Shown here: positions 16,953 to 25,128 of the stretch, one piece after another
Position numbering within the stretch: position 1 is the first letter of the stretch
Layout of the letters: every line of letters begins with the position of its first letter
From: a virus
Direction: 5' to 3' (one strand)
Length of the DNA: 36,603 nt
Virus record (IMG/VR): IMGVR_UViG_2895706988_000001
Location: 1 to 36,603 of that record
Translations under genes and position numbers: made by a program
Notes under the pieces: generated by a model
Told to the model about the DNA's origin: nothing
Seen by the model: the letters and a program-made list of their open reading frames with translations, nothing else
The model's database searches: none

Positions 16953-17220
16953 AATCAACCTCCTCCAGGTTATCTAAGGCAAATGAAGTAATACGATGTA
17001 AAAAATTATCATCGAAGTACTCTAGTGCATCATTATAAGCATATCTTGTACGCTCATATACAAGTGAAGCACCTTGCGTATTGGTCATATCAAAAGGTTT
17101 GCATTTATTAACGATATCGTTATACGACTCTTCTAATAAAAATTTGATATGTTTATCTTCGAATGTATGAAATATCTTTAATCGACCTTTCATTATCGCT
17201 ACATGTTCATCAGTAATCAT
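16906..17220 (-). CDS. gp6-like head-tail connector protein
   Basis: 104 aa. Sequence and position are typical of the Phage_connect_1 family. Confidence 0.7.
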   Translation of the reverse strand: MITDEHVAIMKGRLKIFHTFEDKHIKFLLEESYNDIVNKCKPFDMTNTQGASLVYERTRYAYNDALEYFDDNFLHRITSFALDNLEEVDYDKDYDPEIQPSESI

Positions 17221-17228
17221 TCAATCAC

Positions 17229-17390
17229 CTACTTCTTATCATCTTTACGAATCAAAGCAGTACCGTATTCTTTTAACGTTTCATTAATTTCGTTTGCACG
17301 TTTTACAGTACGCTCAACTTCTTTACCTTTTCTAAGTACTACATTTTCTTCGTAATCTTCAAAGTCAAAACCAACTTCAAATAATGCCAT
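17229..17390 (-). CDS. Small hypothetical head-module protein (53 aa, below ORF-track cutoff)
   Basis: ATG 17390 is preceded by GGTGGTGA. It translates to MALFEVGFDFEDYEENVVLRKGKEVERTVKRANEINETLKEYGTALIRKDDKK and fills the capsid-connector gap. Confidence 0.6.
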   Translation of the reverse strand: MALFEVGFDFEDYEENVVLRKGKEVERTVKRANEINETLKEYGTALIRKDDKK

Positions 17391-17415
17391 CCTATTCACC
17401 ACCTTTAAATTGAAT

Positions 17416-17443
17416 TAAAAAAGGAGCGTTATATTACGCTCCT
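17416..17443 (-). terminator. Attenuator/terminator hairpin overlapping the capsid gene stop
   Basis: Perfect 8-bp stem aggagcgt/acgctcct (17422-17443), followed on the minus strand by UUUUUUAAUU. Confidence 0.65.
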
Positions 17444-18648
17444 GGAAGTGTTTCACCTGCTGCTTCTTCTGGTGCTGGTGGCATACCTTCGATATTTAAC
17501 GTATAAACGTTTGCTACATTGTTATCCTCAGGTAAACCGTGTGCAAATTGCTTAGCAATAAATACATCACAATCTTCTAAAGCTAATGTTTGATCATAAG
17601 ACTTAATTGACACTGCACCCGTTTGGACAGCGTAGTAGCGTCGTCCAACAAACGCGATTGCTTTACCATAAGGTACAAATTCAGATGGTACTACGTCGAT
17701 TTGATATGGTAATGAAGTTACCCATTCCCCATTTGTATTACGCATTGTATATTGGGCTTGTACAAAGAATACAGCTGCAGGATGTACTGCTAATGTGATT
17801 GAGCCTAATACATTTAAGGGCTTATTGTTTTCATCAAATGAAAGTTTAGTCGCTAAAGTTGCTAATTCAGTAACAGTTGTTTTATCATCTGCAAATGTTA
17901 ATGATCCTGCAGGAGTCTTTTCTTCAGTTCCAGTAATAGCTCCATTTTCATCTTTAGTGATTTTTTGATTTAAACCAAAAGGTTGATTAGCACCTGAACC
18001 TTTACCAAGTACAACACCTTCTTCAATTTTAATCGCCATTGCTTCAGCTAACTGTTCACGTACATAACGCTCAACCCATTCAGGACCAAACTCGAGTAAA
18101 TCTTTAGGTACAATAGCGAATGCAGTTAATTTATTTTGAGAGAATGAGTATTCAGTAAAGTTAGCGAGAATTTGTCCTTGAATTTTACCGAAGATTTCTC
18201 CCCAAACTGCAGCACCTTCTGGTTTTCCAACAATGATACGTGTACGTAATCCACCAACTTTAAAATTGATTTTAGATAAAAGTGGACGTTCTCTTTTGAT
18301 ATCCTCAAAAATACGTAATACAGTTGTTTCTGGTAAAATCTTTTCTTCTTTGAAAGAATCGTAGTTTGCATCATCTTCAACTAAGCTTGTAAAGAATTTA
18401 CGTTCTTTTGAATTTAATACGTTCAATCCACGTTTTAAAGCAATTTCTCCATCAAGTGTTGAATTCGCTACTTCTTGACGTGCTTCAGCTAAAATACTTG
18501 CTGATAAATCTTCAGTATATGCTGCCATATACTCATTATACGCTTCTTCTACTACTTCTGGTTCTGCTCCATTTCGAGCTGCTTCAAAGTATGCATCTTT
18601 TAAATTTTGGATATTGTTCTTTGTTTCATCTTTAAATGTAATTGTCAT
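17434..18648 (-). CDS. Major capsid protein, HK97 family
   Basis: 404 aa, after the ClpP-like protease, with an N-terminal delta-like coiled region. Confidence 0.9.
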   Translation of the reverse strand: MTITFKDETKNNIQNLKDAYFEAARNGAEPEVVEEAYNEYMAAYTEDLSASILAEARQEVANSTLDGEIALKRGLNVLNSKERKFFTSLVEDDANYDSFKEEKILPETTVLRIFEDIKRERPLLSKINFKVGGLRTRIIVGKPEGAAVWGEIFGKIQGQILANFTEYSFSQNKLTAFAIVPKDLLEFGPEWVERYVREQLAEAMAIKIEEGVVLGKGSGANQPFGLNQKITKDENGAITGTEEKTPAGSLTFADDKTTVTELATLATKLSFDENNKPLNVLGSITLAVHPAAVFFVQAQYTMRNTNGEWVTSLPYQIDVVPSEFVPYGKAIAFVGRRYYAVQTGAVSIKSYDQTLALEDCDVFIAKQFAHGLPEDNNVANVYTLNIEGMPPAPEEAAGETLPGA

Positions 18649-18659
18649 TTAAATTCCTC

Positions 18660-19514
18660 CTATAAATAAAGTCTCTTCACTTTGTTTTTGATTCTGTTTT
18701 CTACTTTCTCAGGTAAATCGTACTTCTCTAATTCTTCCTGCACTACTTCTGTAACAATTTCTCTTACATTTTCTAAAGTAATTAAGTCCTCATCTGTAGT
18801 CTCAGTTTCTTCAGGTGTTTCAACCATTTTAATTTGACGATCTACTAAAGATCCATCTCCATAATAATTAACAAGTTTCACTTCTCCGATAGAACCAACT
18901 AATTTATCAGGAGTTTTATTAAACTTATCTAACTGTTCTTTACTGACACATGCAACCAACTTCTTCGAGGTGATAACTTCGTCAATTAATCCATAAGAAA
19001 AAGCCTCTTCTGCAGTCATCCATGTTTCCGCATCAAGTAAGGCCTTCAATGAATCAATATTTAATTTATCTGTCTTTGCTAAGTATGTTTCCATCAATGT
19101 CCCTGTAACTTTATCTAATAGTTCTGCAATTTCTCGCATATCATTAGCGTTACCAAACATACCACCCATAGCGTTGTGAATCATCATCATGCTGTTAGAT
19201 GGCATTTTAACAACATCTCCAGCCATTGCGATTACTGACGCAATACTTGCAGCCAAACCATCAATATTTACGATTACTTTCGCTTTATGACGTTTTAACA
19301 TGTTATGAATTGTGATACCTTCAAATACATCTCCCCCTGGTGAATTAATGTTAACAATGATTTCATCAACATCTCCCATTTTAGTTAATGTATCTTTAAA
19401 GTGGTACGCGCTCTCTTCACCTGACCATCGCCATGATTCTGGAACGATTTCACCATAAATATCAATCTGGCCAACATTTTCAGTCTTTGAAACATTTAAG
19501 ATTCTTCCTGTCAT
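18660..19514 (-). CDS. ClpP-family prohead (head maturation) protease
   Basis: Motifs NINSPGGDVFEG, GLAASIASVIAMAGD and MMMIHNAMGG match serine protease family S14. Confidence 0.9.
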   Translation of the reverse strand: MTGRILNVSKTENVGQIDIYGEIVPESWRWSGEESAYHFKDTLTKMGDVDEIIVNINSPGGDVFEGITIHNMLKRHKAKVIVNIDGLAASIASVIAMAGDVVKMPSNSMMMIHNAMGGMFGNANDMREIAELLDKVTGTLMETYLAKTDKLNIDSLKALLDAETWMTAEEAFSYGLIDEVITSKKLVACVSKEQLDKFNKTPDKLVGSIGEVKLVNYYGDGSLVDRQIKMVETPEETETTDEDLITLENVREIVTEVVQEELEKYDLPEKVENRIKNKVKRLYL

Positions 19515-20653
19515 TCGTTATCACCCCCTTTCGATGCTTCATTATCCTGTTCATAGTTCTTAGTACGTAAGAATATATCTAATCCATCGAGTTGTTCGAA
19601 TCCAAATAAGTCACGTACTTCGTTGATTGTTGCAAAGTTTGAAGATATCAACTTATCAATTGCTGTTGAATTCTTAACTGGATCTAATCTATTCAATCCA
19701 ACTAATTGGATACGTTTACCTTTCAAAAAATCATCTTTAGTAAAGAACTTGCTGTTTAACTCATTTTCGATTTTCTTAACTAACGGTTTAATACAGAAAT
19801 CTAGATATGCATCCATTGCATTTTCAAGATCTGCCATATCGCCATGTAAAAGTGATGGAGGTATACCAATTATTTTAGCGACATCATCGATAAATGCTTT
19901 TTTTACCTTACTGATGTTCTCAGCATTACTATTACTAGATGATTGACCTTTGGTTAATTCTTCATAATCAAATCCAGGCAATCCAGGAATGATAGCCACA
20001 CTACTTTTAGTGAATGACTGATATAGCTTATCAGCGTATTTCTGTAATCTCGACATGTTTTTATCATCAAGTTTACCGCCACCTTGACTAACCTTTAAAA
20101 TACCTCTAATTTGATTATTCTTTAACTCTTGCTGCATCATCCTTCCGAACAACTCACCATAATCACCAAACAGACCTTCTACATACTTTTGAAGTTTTTC
20201 ATTGTTGTAATTTAAATAAATCACATCAGCCATTTTATATGATCGTTGAAATTTATAATCTTTAACAATAACATTTCTGAAGGTGTCATCATATAAAGCA
20301 AGCTCCACTCTTTCAAAGTCATCTGCAACAACTAAATCATCTGTATCAGTCTTGATAATTAGTACTTCATTATCATATATAAGTTTGTAGATTACTTTCT
20401 GCCAAAAATCTGATGCACTGCTATCTGTATTAGGTCTAACATTCAGTTTATAATAAAGCGTATTTTTAATGCTTTTATCTCCATCTTTTATCCAAAATTC
20501 CGTTTGGCTTATTGTCCTGGCAATAAAGTTGATACATGTATCTAAAGCTATTCGTTTTAAATATGATCTACTCGCTGAGTCTTCGTATAAATCTAAGTCA
20601 AGCATATCCCTAATTTCTAAATTACGTTTAAATACACCATCAAATAGTCCCAT
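19511..20653 (-). CDS. Portal protein, HK97 family
   Basis: 380 aa, between TerL and the protease. Confidence 0.88.
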   Translation of the reverse strand: MGLFDGVFKRNLEIRDMLDLDLYEDSASRSYLKRIALDTCINFIARTISQTEFWIKDGDKSIKNTLYYKLNVRPNTDSSASDFWQKVIYKLIYDNEVLIIKTDTDDLVVADDFERVELALYDDTFRNVIVKDYKFQRSYKMADVIYLNYNNEKLQKYVEGLFGDYGELFGRMMQQELKNNQIRGILKVSQGGGKLDDKNMSRLQKYADKLYQSFTKSSVAIIPGLPGFDYEELTKGQSSSNSNAENISKVKKAFIDDVAKIIGIPPSLLHGDMADLENAMDAYLDFCIKPLVKKIENELNSKFFTKDDFLKGKRIQLVGLNRLDPVKNSTAIDKLISSNFATINEVRDLFGFEQLDGLDIFLRTKNYEQDNEASKGGDNE

Positions 20654-20663
20654 AATTCACCTC

Positions 20664-22322
20664 CTAAAAGTATTTATCGATTAAGTCGAATGTTTCTTCT
20701 AAATTAATGTCTACAATATCATCCGCTCTATATAAAGCATGTACAAACGCCATAAAACCGTCTGTTTTACGTCTAACTTCATCTTTTTTGATATATTCTT
20801 TGTTTCCGTTAGGTGTTATTTTTACAGCTACGTTATTCGTAAACCACCTCATCAAAGCGTTGTCTCCATATATAACGTTATGCTTTGCAAAAGCTGTATC
20901 AATACGTGGCGCTAATAATCCGTGGATAGCTTTAGGATTGCGAATAACTTCTAACTCAATTCCTGCATCTTTAAATGCTTTTCTTACGATGTCTGTTCGA
21001 TAGTTATCTGCTATGACTTTTTCTAGTCCATATTTTTCTCGCATACTTTCAAACCAACGGACAATATAGTCAATCTCAATAACATCATCATCAACTATTG
21101 TAAGCAACCCTTCTTTCTCCCATTCTGGAATAGGAGCCTCTAATTTCACTGTGTCTAAGAACCCTTGTCTTACAAACGAATGACTTATCCAAATATAATC
21201 ATCTCCATTCCTGAACAGCAATCCTACACTAGCGAAATCTCGAATATTAGCAAAATCTAATCCACCTACACAAGGTCTGCCACGTAAATCTGGTATAGGT
21301 CTGTTTGTCGCTAATATTTCTTCCCATGGCGCTATAACTTTTTCAAGGTCTACTTCTGGCAAATTCATTCTTTTAGTCATAAATTCAGGACGATTCGAAC
21401 GATTAAAAGGTAAATCATAATATTCTTCTTCAATCGTACTTTTCAATGTCTTTGCATAGTCACTTAATGGCTTATGTAACATAGGATTAGCTTTTTCCCA
21501 TTTCGTCATATCATCTACTTCTTGTGGATTATCTAATTTACAGTAAAAAGGAAATAACCTACTATTTTTGACCTTGCCAGCTAAGACGCTTTTTATTTTA
21601 TCTTTCATAGAATCCATATAACCTTCACGTATAAAGCCATCGGTGCTGATATAGAATGTTCTACGATTCTTTTTCTTACCTAGACCACCACGTTTTACGT
21701 TTACCATTTCGGGACCCATGAAATAATGAATTTCATCAAAAATAACACATCCTTCACGACCACCGTCTTTTGTTTTCGTGTTTGATGTGTTATATCTTAT
21801 TATCGACTTCGTAGACCTATTGAGTATTTCAGTCTTGCTAACCTCATATGGTGCGTTCATTGTTTTCCCGGTCTTATTTCTATTATTTTCAATAAGTATA
21901 TTTCTTATCTCGTCAAATGATGTTTTTGCTTGTTCTTCACTATTTGCCACGATTGATATATGGTATTCTTTAATGCCATGCAATGGTGTACTTAAAAAGT
22001 CACTTATGGCACTTATTAATCCGTTCTTACCACCGCCACGGCCCATGAATATCGCCAGTTCTGTAAAGAATGCTTCATTCGTCGTTTTATCAATTAAGAA
22101 AACATTAGATATAATAAAGCGTTGAAAAGGCAATGTAAGGAAGTACCACCGTTCTATGAACTTGATACAGTTATCAATCATTTCCTCATCAAAGAAGACG
22201 TCATCTCTACTGTAAATGTATGTTTGAAGATAATTAAATAAATCAATACGTTCTTGATTTAAAATTATCTTTCCGTCCTTCCATTGATTTATATAGTAAT
22301 CAACGTGCTTGTTTGTAATCAT
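20664..22322 (-). CDS. terL: Terminase large subunit
   Basis: 552 aa with Walker A-like FMGRGGGKNG and a downstream nuclease-half signature. Overlaps the TerS stop. Confidence 0.92.
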   Translation of the reverse strand: MITNKHVDYYINQWKDGKIILNQERIDLFNYLQTYIYSRDDVFFDEEMIDNCIKFIERWYFLTLPFQRFIISNVFLIDKTTNEAFFTELAIFMGRGGGKNGLISAISDFLSTPLHGIKEYHISIVANSEEQAKTSFDEIRNILIENNRNKTGKTMNAPYEVSKTEILNRSTKSIIRYNTSNTKTKDGGREGCVIFDEIHYFMGPEMVNVKRGGLGKKKNRRTFYISTDGFIREGYMDSMKDKIKSVLAGKVKNSRLFPFYCKLDNPQEVDDMTKWEKANPMLHKPLSDYAKTLKSTIEEEYYDLPFNRSNRPEFMTKRMNLPEVDLEKVIAPWEEILATNRPIPDLRGRPCVGGLDFANIRDFASVGLLFRNGDDYIWISHSFVRQGFLDTVKLEAPIPEWEKEGLLTIVDDDVIEIDYIVRWFESMREKYGLEKVIADNYRTDIVRKAFKDAGIELEVIRNPKAIHGLLAPRIDTAFAKHNVIYGDNALMRWFTNNVAVKITPNGNKEYIKKDEVRRKTDGFMAFVHALYRADDIVDINLEETFDLIDKYF

Positions 22323-22663
22323 ACATAATCATCAGACGGCGTGCTTAAATCCTCTTTTTCCTCTGGTAATAAATCAGAAAGTTGTTTGATAATCTTTTGG
22401 TATGCACCATCGCGAGCATTGAAAAGTTTTGCAACTGGACGTTCACGATCATAAGGCTCAACATTAGCGCTTTGTTGAAATTTCTCTACATCGCCATTTT
22501 CTCTTATATCCTCCCACATAAAATCTAGCAACACTCTTAATCGTGCAGCTTGTGTAATGAGACCATCCACAACTTTTAGTTTTTCTTGAGGGATATCTTT
22601 ATATATTGCTTTTAAGCGATTCTTTTCCTGTACCACCAAAGATTCATCAATTTTCATTTTCAT
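22319..22663 (-). CDS. terS: Terminase small subunit, P27 family
   Basis: ATG 22663 is preceded by GAAGGTGAT. The ORF-track start 22687 lacks an RBS. 114 aa, typical partner of the HNH gene in cos-type phages. Confidence 0.85.
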   Translation of the reverse strand: MKMKIDESLVVQEKNRLKAIYKDIPQEKLKVVDGLITQAARLRVLLDFMWEDIRENGDVEKFQQSANVEPYDRERPVAKLFNARDGAYQKIIKQLSDLLPEEKEDLSTPSDDYV

Positions 22664-22687
22664 ATTTATCACCTTCTTTCTGTCCAT

Positions 22688-22813
22688 GGGGGGTGGGGTT
22701 ATACGCGAGATACTGAAATTTCTTCGAAATCGAGCCCTGCACCGTTTCCCACGACTTCATTTGAGGCCGAAAGTTTTTTGACGGGGGGTATGTTTTGATT
22801 TCTTGAAATTTCT
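22688..22813. other. Candidate cos / terminase recognition region
   Basis: Locally GC-rich in an AT-rich genome. GGGGGGT occurs twice (22688, 22783) and the palindrome-containing GAAATTTCT occurs twice (22715, 22805). T-tracts follow at 22814-22870. Confidence 0.5.
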
Positions 22814-22984
22814 CTTTTTGTTTTTATGTTTATTTTTTGTTTAAAAACTTTTTTGTTTTGTTTTTTACTTCATCTTTTTTCAAAATATTTTCTTCAAGTG
22901 ATTCAATACGTGTAATTCTTTGTATCTTTCGTTCCAGGTTCAATGTCATCTGATTGATCATAGGCTTTAATGGATGTTCTTTTA

Positions 22985-23302
22985 TTACCATCGTTCGTCG
23001 TTCCATTGTTTCACCCTCTTCTGATATCTATCATGTTTCTTGTTATGACATTTAATACATAACGTGATTAAGTTACTGTCTACTAATGCAAGTTCGGGTC
23101 TGTCTTGCAGCTCTTCGATATGGTCAACGTCTAAGTACTTATGCTTAGTGCCTTGATTAAATCTATTCAAGTCAACTGTCACCTTTCCCTGCTTCTTGCA
23201 CTCTTGACATTCATAGTTGTCGCGCTTCAGTATCTCGTCTCGCTTACGTCTCCACGGTCTACTCTTATAAAACTTTATTCTTTCCTTCACCGTCTCATAC
23301 AT
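22985..23302 (-). CDS. HNH endonuclease (packaging-associated)
   Basis: ATG 23302 is preceded by AAGGAG. 105 aa with CQECKK...DHIEEL...CIKCHNKKH (HNH/zinc motifs). Confidence 0.88.
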   Translation of the reverse strand: MYETVKERIKFYKSRPWRRKRDEILKRDNYECQECKKQGKVTVDLNRFNQGTKHKYLDVDHIEELQDRPELALVDSNLITLCIKCHNKKHDRYQKRVKQWNDERW

Positions 23303-23363
23303 AAGAGTTAAGCTCCTTAATCTAGATACATAATGGATCACAATCCTTCCTGCTTATATCAAG

Positions 23364-23397
23364 CCAAAAGAAAAGACACCAACATGAGTTGATGTCT
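23364..23397 (-). terminator. Strong intrinsic terminator between accessory cassette and HNH gene
   Basis: 10-bp stem (23374-23397) that is perfect in minus-strand RNA, including one G-U pair. Followed by UUUCUUUUGG. Confidence 0.8.
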
Positions 23398-23435
23398 GTT
23401 TATAATTATCTACAATATAATATTACTACGTTTTA

Positions 23436-23486
23436 ATTATAAAAGTGTTCGTTATTTGTTCGGAAAAAGTTCGTGAAAAGTTCGTG
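23436..23486 (-). promoter_or_regulatory. Four helically phased GTTCG repeats abutting a TATAAT box (candidate activator-dependent late promoter)
   Basis: GTTCG starts at 23447, 23458, 23469 and 23480, an exact 11-bp period. The last two units are identical 11-mers AAAAGTTCGTG. The minus-strand TATAAT is at 23441-23436 with no -35 consensus. Confidence 0.45.
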
Positions 23487-23498
23487 TTAAACAACTTA

Positions 23499-24245
23499 TC
23501 AATTACTTTTTACCTTAAAATCTGTCATCAATTCAAACTCCATAATGTCATAATGTTTTCCATTTATCCATTCAGTATATCTTCTTATATAGCCTACTAT
23601 AAGTTTTAAGTTGGTGATTTTATTTCTTCCATAAATATTATTACTTTTTATCTCTATATTTAATATTGGCGGTCTTGAAATCACTCCAATTTTATATAAG
23701 TTTAATTGAATAATAAATTGTTCAGGTATATCTATTGGTATCACGAAATCTTTTGGAATACTTTCGTAATAATATAACTGTCTAGATGAATTGGGTATCT
23801 CAAAGGAAACTGATCTATCAGAAGATCTATACTTGAAAAGAGTCATATCATCTGATTTCTTTATCATATCTCTTTCTTCATCAATATTTAAATTTACTAT
23901 TGAATCGAATCTTACAGTTATAGATACGTTTGTTGCAATGGACTCCCCTATATTTCTAATATATATTAATGGCAGATCATTATCATCATATAATAATGGT
24001 ATATTTGGTCTCATCCAAATAGGCACTTCGCCCTTTGATTCAGAATATCTCTCCCAATCTTCTAAAGAGTTCCACCCTAGTAATGGTGAATTATGATAGA
24101 TGTGTCCAATTTCTGAATAAGTTTTATACTTATAAATATCAATAAAAAAATAATTTTCATACTTTTTTCTGCTGTCATTAATAGTAACAATCAAACTCAA
24201 TATAGCTATCAGCCACGGAATACTATTCTCGAAAAAATTTAACAT
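23499..24245 (-). CDS. Hypothetical membrane-anchored protein (accessory cassette gene 2)
   Basis: 248 aa with a single N-terminal TM helix (IPWLIAILSLIVTI). The rest is beta-rich and no family was recognised. RBS GAAAGGAAA. 60-nt blocks 23521-23580 and 23641-23700 have 17 and 15 G+C. Confidence 0.8.
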   Translation of the reverse strand: MLNFFENSIPWLIAILSLIVTINDSRKKYENYFFIDIYKYKTYSEIGHIYHNSPLLGWNSLEDWERYSESKGEVPIWMRPNIPLLYDDNDLPLIYIRNIGESIATNVSITVRFDSIVNLNIDEERDMIKKSDDMTLFKYRSSDRSVSFEIPNSSRQLYYYESIPKDFVIPIDIPEQFIIQLNLYKIGVISRPPILNIEIKSNNIYGRNKITNLKLIVGYIRRYTEWINGKHYDIMEFELMTDFKVKSN

Positions 24246-24275
24246 CTTAGTTTCCTTTCAACGTTAAATAAATTC

Positions 24276-24725
24276 TTACAATTTATCAAGAATAGCTTCA
24301 TAGTGTTTTACAACCTCATCTTCAAGTATGAAATCCGTTCCATCACTCATTCTTACTCTTTCTTTTTCATCTACGATATATTCAATACATACAACTTCAT
24401 CAGATTTAGAAGAACTAATATTAGCTGTTACAATTCCATTCTTCTCATTAGAATCCGATTGTTTGTACATAAGTTTGACCCATTTACTGATTGGATAGTC
24501 TTTTACAATAATCCAAGGGTGTAGATCCGTTTGATTTATATTTATTTCGAATTTCTTTTGATATAATTCCCTACTCATTTTTGGTAGATAACTACTAAAT
24601 TTATTTATTAATTGTCTTTCTGCCTGGATTAATTTTGCAGTTCTTAAAGTCTCTCTCTCTTGATTTTCTTTTTCTTTTTCTTTTCTTAAATCATATTTTC
24701 TATTTGCATCATCAAATAATCCCAT
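24276..24725 (-). CDS. Hypothetical protein with charged coiled-coil N-terminus (accessory cassette gene 1)
   Basis: ATG 24725 is preceded by AGGAGTGG. The ORF-track start 24734 is a GTG. 149 aa, no family recognised. Confidence 0.8.
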   Translation of the reverse strand: MGLFDDANRKYDLRKEKEKENQERETLRTAKLIQAERQLINKFSSYLPKMSRELYQKKFEININQTDLHPWIIVKDYPISKWVKLMYKQSDSNEKNGIVTANISSSKSDEVVCIEYIVDEKERVRMSDGTDFILEDEVVKHYEAILDKL

Positions 24726-24751
24726 ATTAACCACTCCTAATAAATTTAGTT

Positions 24752-24783
24752 GAGTTATTCATATCTAATATTGTGTATAACTC
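24752..24783. repeat. Site L: quasi-palindrome 13-6-13 (GAGTTATTCATAT ctaata TTGTGTATAACTC)
   Basis: The half-sites are inverted copies of GAGTTAT(T/A)CA. The site lies 27 nt upstream of the cassette start codon. Confidence 0.85.
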
Positions 24784-24837
24784 ACTATTACATTATAACC
24801 CTATATGTATCAATACTTCTAGAAGTTATCTGAAAAT

Positions 24838-24868
24838 TAGTTATACATAGCTTAAATATGAATAACTC
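24838..24868. repeat. Site R: quasi-palindrome 13-5-13 (TAGTTATACATAG cttaa ATATGAATAACTC), inverted relative to site L
   Basis: The outer 13-mers of L and R are perfect reverse complements (24752-24764 vs 24856-24868). The inner 9-mers are also perfect reverse complements (24774-24782 vs 24839-24847). Confidence 0.85.
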
Positions 24869-24918
24869 TTTATGTGACTAAAGTATTTTTATGTTTAAAT
24901 CTTTAGATTCATATGCAT

Positions 24919-24946
24919 AAAAAAAGACCTGAATATTATTCAAGTC
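24919..24946 (-). terminator. Intrinsic terminator ending the early/middle operon
   Basis: 8-bp stem (24926-24946) that is perfect in minus-strand RNA with one G-U pair, followed by seven U. Confidence 0.85.
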
Positions 24947-24947
24947 C

Positions 24948-25118
24948 TCATTTCCATCTCCTAGAATTATTTTTAAGTAGCTCTAATACTAAAATAAAAT
25001 CTTCTCTATTCATTCTCGGATAACGATCTGCAAGCTTATCTACAATCTGTTTAACATCTCTAATACTTTTTATATTATTACCATATAAACCGACATCATG
25101 AAAATCTCTAACATCCAT
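24948..25118 (-). CDS. Small hypothetical protein (56 aa)
   Basis: ATG 25118 is preceded by AGGAGG at 6-nt spacing. The ORF-track start is upstream and lacks an RBS. Confidence 0.65.
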   Translation of the reverse strand: MDVRDFHDVGLYGNNIKSIRDVKQIVDKLADRYPRMNREDFILVLELLKNNSRRWK

Positions 25119-25128
25119 TTTAGTCCTC

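Noticed and set aside
15149-17448. Interpreting the shared C-terminal LPGA as a sortase LPXTG sorting signal
   Set aside because: The motif is the extreme C-terminus, with no following hydrophobic segment or charged tail. It also lacks the T-G of LPXTG, and virion proteins are cytoplasmic.
22830-22961. 43-aa minus-strand ORF (MINQMTLNLERKIQ...) between HNH and terS
   Set aside because: No Shine-Dalgarno motif precedes the ATG, and the 3' half is a lysine run encoded by the T/A tracts of the putative cos region. It cannot be excluded but is unsupported.
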